Shown here one piece after another: positions 50,620-63,970 of a stretch of DNA of 64,000 nt. Position numbers and translations under genes: made by a program. The notes beneath the pieces were generated by a model, which worked only from the letters and a program-made list of their open reading frames with translations, was not told the origin of the DNA and did no database searches. This stretch comes from Eledone cirrhosa (Eukaryota), in assembly GCA_964016885.1 (NCBI GenBank), contig OZ024740.1, positions 71,424,001 through 71,488,000 on the forward strand. The letters are read 5' to 3'. How positions within the stretch are numbered: position 1 is the first letter of the stretch; every line of letters starts with the position of its first letter.

Positions 50620-51351
50620 TGCAAAAGATTTTTCCCTCAAAATGATAGGCCGGCTGTATGATGCGTGCATACGAACAGCAATGTTACATGGTAGTGAGAC
50701 CTTGGCGCTGTGTGTAGAAGACTTGCGTAGATTAGAAAGAAACGAAGCTTGCATGCTCTGATGGATGTGTTAATATACTCGAATGGCAAAGCATAAACGA
50801 ATTGAAAGAGAGACTGAACGTAAGAGAAATCAAATGCTATGTGCAGGAGAAGAGGTTGCTTTGGTATGGACATGTGATGCGTATGAAGGATGAAAGGTGC
50901 AGAGCACTAAAATTCGATGGAAGCCTAGAGTGGGGAGACCTGGGATGAGGTGATAAAAGCTGACCATGCCCAATTACACCTCTCAAAGGTGATGACACAG
51001 AACCAAGACCTGGCTTACACAGTAATACAGAAGACCCGACTTCCCACGGGTATAAGCTGAAGCATATAGACAATATGCTCCCACTGCAAAGTGGTCGTGG
51101 AGGTGTCACTACAAAAAAACACCCAGTCCACACTGTTTCGTGGTCATGTAGGCGCCATGGTAAAAAAGCACCCAGCACTCACTGTAAATGAGGTTGGTAT
51201 TAGGAAGGGCATTCAGCTGTAGAAATCAAGCCAAAATCAGTTCCTTTATGAGCAAGACATGGTCACTTGACCTGGCATTGCCCACAACAGGACAACTCAT
51301 GTAACCCATGGTAGCATGGAAGAATGGACGTAAAACGGTGATGATGATGAT
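50620..51351 (+). mobile_element. Decayed RTE 3' half
   Basis: Parallels 49280-50048 with indels; ends in (GAT)n. Confidence 0.88.
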
Positions 51352-51998
51352 TTTTCATCTCTCAGGGTTGATGAAATATGATGTGTATATCCGGTTAAGA
51401 ATAGTTACACCTGTCCAACCCAACCATGCATGAAGAACTCGACATATTCCACAATATACTGCCAAGCACAATTCACTCTCAAGGCTGGCTCCATGATACA
51501 CCCCAGTAAGCAACATTTAGCCTGACGCTCTCTCATTTTACTCTTGTCATTGCCTCCCCATGAAGGACACAACGAGCAACCAAATGTCATAATAAGGTAC
51601 ACTCGTGTCGTGGCTTAAAGCACCCAATCCACCCTGAAAGGTGGTTGGTGTTAGGAAGGGCATCCAGCCATAGAAAACCAAACCAAAAATAGAGCATATG
51701 AGCAAGACATAATCACCTGATCTGTCTGGCCTCATAATGTGACAGCCCATGCAAGCATGTCCCTGTGCCGTAAGAAACAACTAAAAGAGTTGGCTGAACA
51801 CTTGACTGTAAAACATTCCCTCAAAAAGGACCCTGTGGTGAGTATGAAGCTTGTTGTGGGGTCCACTTGGCTAACTCATGGTTTTAGCAAGGAGATGGGC
51901 CTTAAAACTCTTGCAGTAGTTGTGTATATTCAATTAAGTACCTTGCAAAAATTGACTTTGTCACTAGACAAAGGAAATTTGTTATATAAACATTAACA

Positions 51999-52081
51999 TT
52001 TTTTTTTTACTTTTTCTTTTTCTTTTTCTTTTTCTTTTTCTTTTTCTTTTTCTTTTTCTTTTTCTTTTTCTTTTTCTTTTT
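51999..52081 (+). repeat. (TTTTTC)n forming the polypyrimidine tract of the exon 3 acceptor
   Basis: Direct read; runs into TACAG|. Confidence 0.9.
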
Positions 52082-52085
52082 ACAG

Positions 52086-52123
52086 AAAATGATGAACCGT
52101 CACAATTTCAGATGGATATTTGA
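52086..52123 (+). CDS. EIF4EBP: 4E-BP coding exon 3 (TOS motif)
   Basis: TACAG|AA AAT GAT GAA CCG TCA CAA TTT CAG ATG GAT ATT TGA = (E)NDEPSQFQMDI*; phase matches exon 2; total CDS is 351 nt. Confidence 0.93.
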
Positions 52124-52802
52124 ACCTTACTTCAAACCTTTCGTGTGATTTTCTATGGCCTTTCTTGATGTTGTTTCTTCTGAACAGGCATTTAAAAAAA
52201 AAAAAAAAAAAAACTTGATACATGCAAACCCCTGTGCTGGTGCTGGATTTTATGTGCCAATACATAATCTAAGTGCCATGCACTCATTGTCTAACATCTT
52301 GTGTCACCAGTTGCTCATTGAGGAAATTTGGTCCAGTTTTGTAAAGAAAAGAAAAACTTATAAATGGAAACAACAGTAGCAACAAGTACATAGACAAATC
52401 TCTTGGAATTAAATTTGTGATGTATGTCCCTTGGTCGATGTGTGAGTGATTGTGCCAGTATGTGTTAGTGTGTGTATATATACATCTACATAATTGTGTA
52501 TGTAATATATATATAATTATATATACATACATATAATTATATATGTGCGTGTTTATATATACATATATTTGTGTGTGTTTATATATACATATATTTGTGT
52601 GTGTAATGACTTGTATAAAGGACAGCAGACAGCACTCTGAACTTGTAATAAAAATGGTAAAATCTAACTCAGAGTATGCAGGCCAACCTTTATGAAATCA
52701 ATTATATATATATAATCATAGTTCAACAATTACAATTATTTGAATCTGATTTTATTTATATATATATGTATGTGTGTATATATATATATATACTTGTACA
52801 TA

Positions 52803-52840
<38 letters not shown>

Positions 52841-55508
52841 ATCATAGTTCAATAATTAGAATTATTTTAATGTGATTATATATGTAGTGTCTATTTTGTT
52901 AAAATGTTAAGTGCTACACTTGTTTCTCTCCTTTTTTGCAAGCACAAGTATACATGTGTAGCATTTAACTTTTTAACTAGATTAAATAATTCTCTCTGCT
53001 AGCCTGTTGTGTCCTTTTTAAATTTCATACTCTGTCTTGTTCATTGAACAAACATTCTTAAAAAGCTATATCGCTATTCTAAAGTATTCTTCTTAATGAT
53101 TTGTATTATCCTCATCACTTACTTTGAAAGAATGCAAAGATAAAGGAGGAAAATAGTATTAAGAAGGTTTTAAAACAAAAAAGAGAGATGGGAGAAGAGA
53201 AAGCATTTCCCCTCACTTCTCTGTTATAAATGTGGTTTCACATAACGTTTTGCTTTTGTCTTTGTAAGACATGAAATCCAACAAGAAAAAGTTACTTTTT
53301 CTTCTATGGATCTCTTTCTCTTTATATAGTATCTATGAGAACCAAACAGTTTCATTTGTATTTGGTTTAAGAGTTCAACACTGGTTATTCTTTTTTTTTC
53401 TTTCAATCATTTTTCTTTTTATATATTTTTAATATCTTTTTACTGAAATATTTTGAATGTAAAAAAAAAAAAAAGAGAAAAATAATTTCTGTTCTTAATT
53501 TTCATTTACTTACAAACAAATCAGATTGCCTTTTATTAAGTTTTTAATTTTCTTCCTTTCCTTTTTTTATGTAAAAAAGAGGGGAAAAAAACAACAACGA
53601 AAGGGTTAAAATATTTTATGCTTATTTTCCTCCCTTTTCCTTTCTTATTTTTTAAACTTTACAGAATAAGTTTCAGGTTGGAATAAATTCTTCACTATAC
53701 AGTTTCTGCTGTCCAACTATTATTAAATATCGACTTATTCAATGAACAATGGTGAAAATATGCTCCCAATTTAAGTTTGGAGGTTTGTGCTTTGTGCATA
53801 TGTATAGGCCTTTGTTGTCTATATGCAAAATTTATATCTTCAAGTCAGTCTGTCTTCCACTGATCTCTGTGAAACCTAACTAATAACATTGATATTTATC
53901 TTCTTTCAGAATCCTGTGATATATATTTTTTAATCTATTTCCAGTGAATCTTTATTCTCTACACAATTCAGTTCAGTGCTTTCTTTCTTAGCCTGTCATA
54001 AACTCCTTTCCATTTTCACATCCCTCCTCTTTTTATTTCTCTTTTAAAGACTAACTTATAAAACTTTCAGTTGCTGTTACAATCTATATAAACTATGTAT
54101 AGTACACATTTTAACTGTAGCAAGTGTAATTTTATTAAAGCTAATGATCATTCACTAGTATTCAACTCCTTGCCAAACTCACTAGTCATATTAAAATTAT
54201 TAAAATAAATACATTAAGTGAAAGTTTATTATTACATATGTTTATATCGATTATCTTCTTAAAAAATGACAGTATAACAAGAAATATATTTGTATATAGT
54301 GAGTGTATTCTTACTGTGTGTGTGTGTGTATATATATACATATACATTCATAAACACTTAATTTGTTGATTATACATTGGTGCTGTATTGTGTGTTAACA
54401 TTAGAATTATTTGGTATTTTATTCTAATTCTAATTCTTAAAAAAGTTTATTATCTAGTATTCTACTGGCTATTGATTCTATACTGTCTGGTGATTATTTA
54501 TTTATATATATATATATACATACATACATACATACGATCACTAGACTGTAGATCGGTGCTATAATAGAAGCTCTCTTTAGATTCAGTTTCTGGTGCTATA
54601 TAACTGTTTGAGGTTTTTTTTTTTATTTTCTCTTTTTTTTCTTCGTCTACTGTCAGTATTTACTAATGTATTACGTTTTTAGTATTTAGTAATATATTAC
54701 CTACTACACTTCAAGGTCTACATTTGTCACTATAAAATTGTTCTCATATCTGGGATGGTTCAATTCCTTTGTCCTTATTCTGAAATACATTTAAGAAAGT
54801 GGTCATTTTTTTCTCTCTCTCTTGCTGCTTTTAGATTATCAGTAAATTTTGTTTTAGATATACTATCTAGTTTAATATCCAGATATGCATATATGTATCG
54901 ACTACCTTGTTTCTTTTTGGTGGGGGTGATATAATATAAATATAAGTGGATGTAGTACTGTCTAAAAAAGAAACTAACATTAAAAAAAAAAAAAAATTGT
55001 AGGATCTGAGGAATCTAGTGGATGTTATGTGACAACAAAATAATACAAGTGTTTAGAAATTTTGTCATGCAGGAGTCTAAAATAATTTTATAACTTTTTT
55101 TAAAATGCACTTTGCCTTGAAAGAAATTTTAAAACATAAATTGCAGAAAACAAAACAAAACAAAAAAGTATTTTAAGTATATTTTATTTTTGTTTGCTTG
55201 AATGATTTAATTTCTTAATTAGGGTTAGTCAGATTGTGTTTTAAATCAAGAAACAAACAGAATGGCTAGAATTCTAAAAAAAACTAGTCATGATGGTAAG
55301 AAGCAATGAAATATTTTGGTTTGACATGAGAGAAAAAAAATCTATTGTTTTTGGCAGCGACCTTCATCGAAGAATCATTCTCTGATGAGATGCTAACTGA
55401 ATATAAGATATTTCTTTTCATGGCACAATAATATATCTCCCAATTTTTTTCTTTTTCAACATTGATACATGGTTCCTCATTTTTTAAAATATTATTTATA
55501 AAGTCTGT

Positions 55509-55618
55509 GTTCAAATCCTGCCAAGGTTAACTTTGCCTTTCATCCTTACGGGGTCGATAAAATAAAGTGCTAGTAATGCACTGGGATAATTGCTGGCCTT
55601 GTGCCAAAAGTAGAAACA
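55509..55618 (+). mobile_element. 5'-truncated SINE family A with 18-bp TSD
   Basis: ATTATTTATAAAGTCTGT at 55491-55508 and 55619-55636. Confidence 0.9.
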
Positions 55619-55722
55619 ATTATTTATAAAGTCTGTACGTTAAACTTCAATGAAATGTTACAATCAACAGTTGAAACAAAATATTAGACTGTCCTGTTTT
55701 AGGATATCTTTACTTTTCTTTT

Positions 55723-55756
<34 letters not shown>

Positions 55757-56449
55757 AATTGAGATTCCTTAATTTGCTTTGAATAAAACTGCGGTTCAAG
55801 AAATGATAAACTCACAGTATATGTAATATTACTAATGTTGAATTTAGTCAAGTTTTTTAGTAGTTTCTTGATAGGTTTTAGGGAATTAGATTCATTTGAT
55901 AACATTCTCTAAAACAAGTCTCAGTATTTGTTTGCAAATGGTAGTTGTGAATGCTTCTAACAGAAAGCTTTGTCAATTTCAATTATTACGTTTTTTTACG
56001 TCGTAGTTGATGTCACTGATAAGACTTAGGACGTCCTACAAGTAGGCTGTCTTTGTTTGAATCTAACCAATCATCTCTTCAGTTTGTTTGGATTAAATTT
56101 GAACATCTTTCATCATCAATTTTACAAGTGAAACGTAACAATGTCTGTTCAAGGTTGTGTGACTATGTATTCATGTGAATATCTATTTCTACAAATATTT
56201 GTATGGGTGCAGAAAAAAAGAAAAGAAATTAAAAACAAAACAAATGAACAAATTTTAAATTATAAATTCTAGAAATTATAGCTTCACATGTAATGTGAAT
56301 CTTTATTCTTTCTCCAATTTAAATGATTTGATATAAAATGGTTTTATATTTTAATCCTTTTTATAACAAATACTAATAAACTGCCATTTCAAACATTAGA
56401 CTTTTCTATCTGGAATAAACTAAGCTTGAGCATTCTGCAATGCTAGCAG

Positions 56450-56742
56450 TGTATCAAGTCTGTATATTTAAATAGCTGTAATATAGTCCTTGTAGATTCT
56501 GCAATTTGAGCTTGAGTGCAAACTCATTTGTTTCTCAATCTAATCTGCAGATCTTAATTACTGATACTTTCTATAAATCTCGTCTGTGGCTCTGCAACTG
56601 TATCAAGTCTGTATATTTAAATAGCTGTAATATAGTCCTTGTAGATTCTGCAATTTGAGCTTGAGTGCAAACTCATTTGTTTCTCAATCTAATCTGCAGA
56701 TCTTAATTACTGATACTTTCTATAAATCTCGTCTGTGGCTCT
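56450..56742. repeat. Tandem duplication, 149-bp period
   Basis: 144-bp unit TGTATCAAGTC...TGTGGCTCT repeated with a GCAAC spacer. Confidence 0.95.
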
Positions 56743-58108
56743 AACTAAGGCAAATATTTTCACCTATAACACTCCGGATATAATTTAAAAACTTATTTCA
56801 GGATTTTTTTCCCTTTGCAAACAAAACCCAGTTTAAATAAAATAAAAAAGAAGCATTATATGCTATTTCTTTTGTGAACATTTTTTAATACACATGGGAC
56901 CTTATAGTATAATTTTAAATGATAGTTAAAAAAGGAAGAATCCAACAACTTTTTTTCCACAAGATTGGCTATATATGTTTCTTTATTCAAGTATTTTACC
57001 ATTTTATATATATATAGTGGATGCACTTTTTTACTCTTTAATCAAAAAATAAATGGCAAGTAGAAAAGGGACAATTAGAAATAAGCAAATACACCTCCTG
57101 ATATAATTACATTGAATATTAATTTATAACTGAATGTATATGTGTGTAAGTTATTATTGGAATTTGTTAATATATATATATCAACTAATACACATATATA
57201 ACATATGTATAATAAAACATAAGTGAAATGCAAGCATATAAAGAAAGTTAACTATTTTATTGGTCTTGTATTTAAAGGTACCAAACAATTTTTTTTAAAT
57301 TGTAGTTTCTTCAAAAACTACTTTTATTGCTCCAATTATTCTAGACAATGTCAGTATGAGAATATGAGAAGGAAACAAGGCACGATAAAATATGTTACCA
57401 ATGGATAAATTTAGGGTAAAATTTGTTCAAGACCACTGAACAATTAACCTTATCTATCATGTTTTTGTAGTCTATGTTGCTTTTATTGGTCCATACTTTG
57501 ATGACCTTAAAATGGTACATTATTACATGTATACATATATCTCTGCTGAGTTCAACCACGATACCAGTCTGTCCAAACATTGTGCTGGTAGTAGAAGACC
57601 TCAACATTATCAGAGATTGGACCAATCAAACAAGTAACATGAAAATGAAGTTAACAGACTGAAAATTTTAGGTTGTTCTTTAACCCCAATCCACCCACTA
57701 TCCAAAACCCTTTGAGATATTTTTAAATTGATGTATAATTTAGAATACAAACAATATATTTTAAGCCCCCCCCCCCCCCCCATAATAGGTTTCATATGCA
57801 TAATGGGGTCCTTTTTGAGGCAATGTTTTATGACTGCATGTCCTTCCTGGTGCCAATCCTTTTAGTCATCTTTTACAACATGCAGGGATACTGTGTACCT
57901 ATTCGAAACCAGATGCACATGTAGGACACAGAAAGAAACAAAATGAAATCACAAACTAATTTCGCAATAACTCATTTCAAGAAAATATCTTAATATCTAA
58001 TTTAAATAAACATTGACTTAAAAAAAGTATTAGGAAAATTTGAAATGTAGGTGCTGCATAATAGTTGATCACTATAAATAATAGTTGAGAAAATGAAGTA
58101 AAATGCCC

Positions 58109-58174
58109 CTGGCTAGAGACAGAAAGTAGGCAGAGGCACCTCTGGCTAGAGACAGAGAAAGTAGGCAGAGGCAC
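58109..58174. repeat. ~32-bp tandem duplication
   Basis: CTGGCTAGAGACAG(AG)AAAGTAGGCAGAGGCAC twice. Confidence 0.85.
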
Positions 58175-58444
58175 TTCTGTCTACTTTTTTCCATCTCCAG
58201 ATGTATTTTACTCAATTTTCTCAAATATTATGGTCATTTCTGCATTTCAAATCAATTCCTGGCGTTTCTTTCTATTTGGAAACAAAGATAAAATAGTATT
58301 CAAAGTAAAAAATATATAAAGAAAACTATTGTCTTTTCTTTGCTAAACTGCTGGAGGTTTATTTTTTCCTAATGAAAATATACAATTTTTCGTCTTTTTT
58401 TTTTTTAATTCCTTTTATATTTTAATATGAAAATACTTATGTAT

Positions 58445-58820
58445 AGGTGCAGGTATGGCTGTGTGGTTAAGAAGCTCCTTTTGCAACCATGTAGTTTTGG
58501 GTTCAATCCTACTGCACGGCACCTTGGGCAAGTGTCTTTTTCTATAGCCTCGGGTTGACCAAAACCCTATGAGTTAAATTTGGTAGGCGAAGACTGTACA
58601 GAAGCTCATTATGGGTATGTGTGTGTGTGTGTATATGTATATTTACAGACACACGACTGGCTTCTGCACTGTTTCCGTCATATATGTATGTGTGTGTGAC
58701 TGTTTAGGTTGTACCCTTTTATGTACCGTAACTTAGCGGTTCGACTAATAGATACCGATAAGATAAGTACCAGGCTGAAATGAATCCTGGGGGGGTCGAT
58801 CATAGTCCAATGACTGAAAT
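58445..58820 (+). mobile_element. tRNA-derived CORE-like SINE (family B)
   Basis: TGGCTGTGTGGTTAAG A box, GGGTTCAATCCT B box, CACCTTGGGCAAGTG CORE-like segment, internal (TG)n and a GATAAGTACCAG motif. Confidence 0.75.
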
Positions 58821-59157
58821 CTGTAAGAGAATGTGCATTTATATTTGATTTTGAAAAAAAGTTTTTTTCCAAAAAAATAGTATTATATTTTTGTTTGTTA
58901 CTTATTGAAGAAAAACATTAAAACTTTTTTTTTTTTTTTTGTGTCTGATGGAGGAGGTTTCCTCCCTCTCATTTTAAAATGTTTGTGTGTGTGGGAATGT
59001 GTGATCCCATGAATAAAATTATTTGTCTAAAACATTGTGGGATGAAAAATATTTGAAAAATAAAGTGAATTGACAAGATTTTGTTCTTTTATTTTTAATT
59101 AATTTTATTCTTAAGGTTTGTCTAAAATGATTTGCTTTGATCTAATGAAATCATTAA

Positions 59158-59452
59158 CCCTTTTGTTACCATATATCTAATGAAAGGCACTGCTTATAAT
59201 TTTTTAAATAACCAAGGTTTTGGAGGGATTTAAACCAGCTGCATCTGGCCAGAACTCTCTCTCCTCTTTCTGTTCAAACTGGGCTGTAACTGGCCACTCA
59301 TCATCATTTAACGTCTACCTTCTACACTAGCATGGGTTCATACTGATGTTAAGGTATTGTTCTCAAATTATCATAGATTCAATATTATGTAAGGTAAAAC
59401 CTTTACTGCAAAAATACAATAGTAAATATAGAGTAATGTAAATGCTAAAGGG
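59158..59452. mobile_element. piggyBac-like MITE (mosaic)
   Basis: TTAA|CCCTTT ... AAAGGG|TTAA; right part homologous to 60881-61090. Confidence 0.7.
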
Positions 59453-60880
59453 TTAATGATATAATTAACTTTCTCATTAAGCTCGTGTTTGGAACATACA
59501 TAACTTAAAGGTTCTGACATAAAATTATGATGGAAAGTTTTTAAATATAAAGACAAGCAAGTTTTGTATTGTAGAACCTGAGAAAGTTTAGAAAAGCCAT
59601 TGCTTAAGCTGCAAAGGAAAGCTAACAATATCCAAGAACAGATTTACTGATAGGGAATGAGCCACATGTTTAGACTCAGAATCAACTTTTTTTTTTTTTT
59701 CAAGCAGACTTATGATCAGTGGCATTTCAGACATGATCATCTTGTCTTATATATTTAATATTGTGCCCCTTTTTTAAGAATGATAAATGTGATTCAATGA
59801 TGTGAGGGATTTGGCTACTATTTCTAGCAGGTCATGTGACTATATAGAGGCTTCCTATTGACTTGAACCAAATATGTTTTCGTCAGGCGATCTGTTGATC
59901 TTTTGTCAAATTAGTGTTTATAATGTCATTAAAATCTTAAGTTCATTCATAAAATTGTTCTTTTATATCAAGAGGAGTTTTAGTTGTGTCAGGGGCATGG
60001 CAACCTCTCTAGGTTTGGTGAACTACTTGATAAATGCACCCAGTTCACTCTGTAAAGTGGTTGGTGATAGGAAGGGCATCCAGCTGTATAGGAAATTTGC
60101 TAAACAGGGTCAGGAAAACTTTTTGGCTATATGAAAGACATGACAACTTCCCTAGGATTGGTGCCCCAATAAAATGCACCGGATCGTATATCGGGCCCCC
60201 AGCTGACTTGGAAGTCAGAGGTTCCACTTGAGTACTGACTAATCTGTGACAACACATCCAATCCTTCCTAGCAGCAAAAGTGGATGTTAAATAATGACCA
60301 TGATCTCTGGTCTAACTGTATTAATACATGTCCATTAGTTCATGTTTACTGAAATACATAAAAATGTAGTTGGCATTCAAATATTTCCTACAGATTTTAG
60401 AGTTTAAAATAGCAAAATTGTCCTGTCATTTCTTTAATATTTTAATCCTTTTGATATCAAACCACTCCACAATACGTAAAATGTTTATATTAATCTTAAA
60501 ACATTCCATCATAATTTTATGTAAGAACTCTTGTTAAGTTATATTGTAAACACTAGCTTAATAGTAACACAGTTAGTTATATTACTAAAGCTCTCCAAAT
60601 TCTTAATGGTTTTCAAAATTATTTGAAAATCATAGGTAAAGTCTTTCATAAGAAATATGTTAATGAATGATTTAATTCACATGACTGTTATTGAGGTGTT
60701 AATTCATACTGTTTTTGTTGAGCTGTATTTATGGCTTTATTCTGTCTAGCTGTAAGTAATACCATAGTGATACATATGATTGCTTTAAATTAACAGTTAT
60801 AATCATGCTCACTGGTTGTTAATTGGACATTAGCAATCTTACCATGTATTTTCTTTTTAGTAATTGCGCACTAACTTTAT

Positions 60881-61090
60881 CCCTTTAGTATTTAAACCAG
60901 CCAAAATTCTCTCACTTCTTTCTGTTCAAACCGGCCGTATCTGGCCACTCATACTGATTTTAAGGTATTGTTCTCAAAATAAATAACATCAAAATCTCAT
61001 AGATTCAATATTATGTGAGATAGTTATGGGAGGTGAAGTGTTTACCATGAAATACAATAGTATATATAGAGTAATGTAAATGCTAAAGGG
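60881..61090. mobile_element. piggyBac-like MITE
   Basis: TTAT|CCCTTTAGTATTTA ... TAAATGCTAAAGGG|TTAA. Confidence 0.75.
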
Positions 61091-62669
61091 TTAACAAAAT
61101 GTCGCTGAATACACAAAATCTGTTGAGAACATCTTTATGTCACTCAAATTCCTTTCCAAGAATTCATGTTTTCAACATATGAATATACTTACATTTGAAA
61201 TGAAGTGAAAATCTTGATGCACTCTTTGGAATTATAGCACCCTTGTGAACTCAAGACATTAGTTGTGAAGTTTTGTAAGCTTTTTTTTTTCTTTTTTGAC
61301 ATTGGACTTGATGGCAGCACTTCTCAATAATTTTATAACTGATGGGACTCTAGTAAGGTGGAGAATTTAAACTCAGAATGCAAAGAACTGGAACAGATAT
61401 CACAAGGTATCTTACCTTGCCTGAGAATACTCTTTCTAACAGCTTGAACTGGACTGGAAATATTTTCCATGGCACCAAAACTACCACACTACAGGATGAA
61501 CTGGGTGCTTTTTGTCATATATATTATCATCATCATCATCATCACTGTGTATATATATATATATTTGAAGGAAAATGGAAAAACTCGACATAAGGAAGCT
61601 GTTGAAACAGCAAAATACCATCGAAACAGTGTTGGGTAAAACATTGCCTCGTAGGATAGAAATCAGTGGCTCAAAATGAGTTGGCTCAAAGAATTGATAA
61701 GAAGGAAGAAATAAACTGGTTGAGAGGAGATCATAAACATTTAAATACACTCATCAGCTTTCAAACCATCTGCAGTTTCAACGATTTGACTGAAAGGACT
61801 GTGAAGGATATATATATATATATCATTTTACATCCACTTATTCATGCTTGACGGGATGTTTTGAGGCAATGATTTATGGTCGGATGCCCTTCTTGATACC
61901 AACCCTTTTAGATGCTCCTTTCAACTTTATTAAATACTTCACAACATAATGATTTCTGACTGCTGCAGAGAAGCCTTTCAGTTGAAGCGACTCCAATATG
62001 CCACCATAGTGACTTGAACTCAGCACTGCAAGCTCACCTCACATTTATTATACAGTGCTCCTGCTGTTTACAACAGTAACTCTACCTATTTCCTGACACC
62101 AATTTACAGCTAGGTGGACCAGGTAATTGTGAACTGGTATATGAAACCATGAGAGCTGATTATACAACACCCTACCATATAGGTATATATAGATTTTTTT
62201 TTTTTAAATGATCGACAAGTTTCCAGACCTTCGCTTACCAAATAGGGTGGAACTTGTTGAATCAGACCAAGGAAACAATGTTTCCATTGCTGATACTATC
62301 TAATGGTCACAACTGGCAGAAAGAGCAACATGTCTTGTTGAAGGACATAGGGCATCACCATGTCTGGGAATTTAACTTGCAACCTCACAATTGCAAATCC
62401 AATTCTCTAACCACTAAGCCACGTACCTTCACTATATATCTTATATACAAAATAACTAGGGTTATGATGAGATATATTTAAATAGTCCATCTGCATGATT
62501 CCTCTTCCAATGCTTCCTCTTCCATGGTAGTAAACCCCACCAGCTTCTATAAATGCTTTCCCACTGCTGGTGCCACGATAAAAAAGCACCCAGTGGTATT
62601 ACAGGTGCCACAATAAAAGCACTTAATTTGCAATATAAAGTGATAATGCTGGTGCCACGATAAACACAT

Positions 62670-63370
62670 TCAGTCCACGACCTCCTTGCAGTGGGGGGTG
62701 TGGGGGCATATTGTCTATACGCTTCAGCTTGTACCCATGGGAGGTCGGGTACTCTGTATTACTGCGTGATGCCAGAGGTCACGGTCGTGTGTCATCGCTT
62801 TTGCAGCTAGCAGTGGTAGTAGTTGTAATTGGGTAAGGTCGGCTTTTATCACCTCATCCCAGGTCATCTTGGGTCTCCCCACTCCGCGGTTTCCATCGAT
62901 TTCTAGTGCTCTGCACCTTTTTATGCAGCTGTCATCCTTCATACGCATCACATGTCCATACCAATGCAACCGCCTCTCCTGCACACAGCATTTGATTCCT
63001 CTTATGCTCAGTCTCTATCTCAATTCATTTATGCTTTGTCGTTCGCGTATATTACTATTACACATCCATCGGAGCATGCAGGCTTCGTTTCTCTCTAATC
63101 TACATAAGTCTTCCACCTTCAGCGCCCATGTCTCACTACCATGTAACATTGCTGTTCGGATACACGCATCATGCAGTCTGCCTTTCATTCTGAGGGAGAA
63201 GCCTTTTGCAGCTAGCAGTGGTAGTAGTTCCCTAAATTTCTTCCATCCCGTTCTTACCCTAGTTATTGTACTTTCTGAACACCCACCTCCGCTGCTAATT
63301 CGGTCACCTAGGTAGCAGAAGCTGTCTACTGTTTCTACAGAGCCCTCCCAGAGATTGGTGGTACTTGTTT
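62670..63370 (-). mobile_element. Young RTE 3' fragment
   Basis: Highly similar reverse complement of ~49120-49810. Confidence 0.92.
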
Positions 63371-63970
63371 GAAAATAGATGTTAAATGGTGATGATGATG
63401 ATTTGAATGTTAGAGCATTTATGATTGCAAAAGTGACAAAGCAGTGTTAGATAACAGGCGTAATAAAAACTAGAGAATTTAGTTTCTCACTAAATAATAT
63501 ACATATGATAATATCCATATTACCGGTATCAGGTGATGTCCATCACTTCGATACCAGTAACTGATGTGGGTTGGTTGTTTTGCTAGGAGTGTTAGGGATG
63601 TATTTGATTTTTGCTTTGTTTTGATGTAGATTTGTTTACATTAAAGCAGTTGATGATCTCAGTTACATATATGATGGGCTTTCACATAGTTTCCGTCCAT
63701 GAAATTCCACTCAAGGTATTTGTCAACACAAGTCTATGATAAAAGCCCAAGGAAACGCAGTGAGATCTAACTCGGAACCATGAGGTTACAAAGCAAACTT
63801 CTTAATGACACACTCATGCTTGTGCTCATATTTCATTTAATATTAACCAAAACATTAGCAGGAAAATTTTCATTACATCATTCATTATTTGAATAAATTT
63901 ATGCATTTCAGATTCAGAAATAAATTGTTATACATCTATTTTGTGAATGTCTTTTGCTTTTCATATAGCC

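Noticed and set aside
61590-61810. FNDLTERTVK transposase-like motif
   Set aside because: Too short and decayed to assign.
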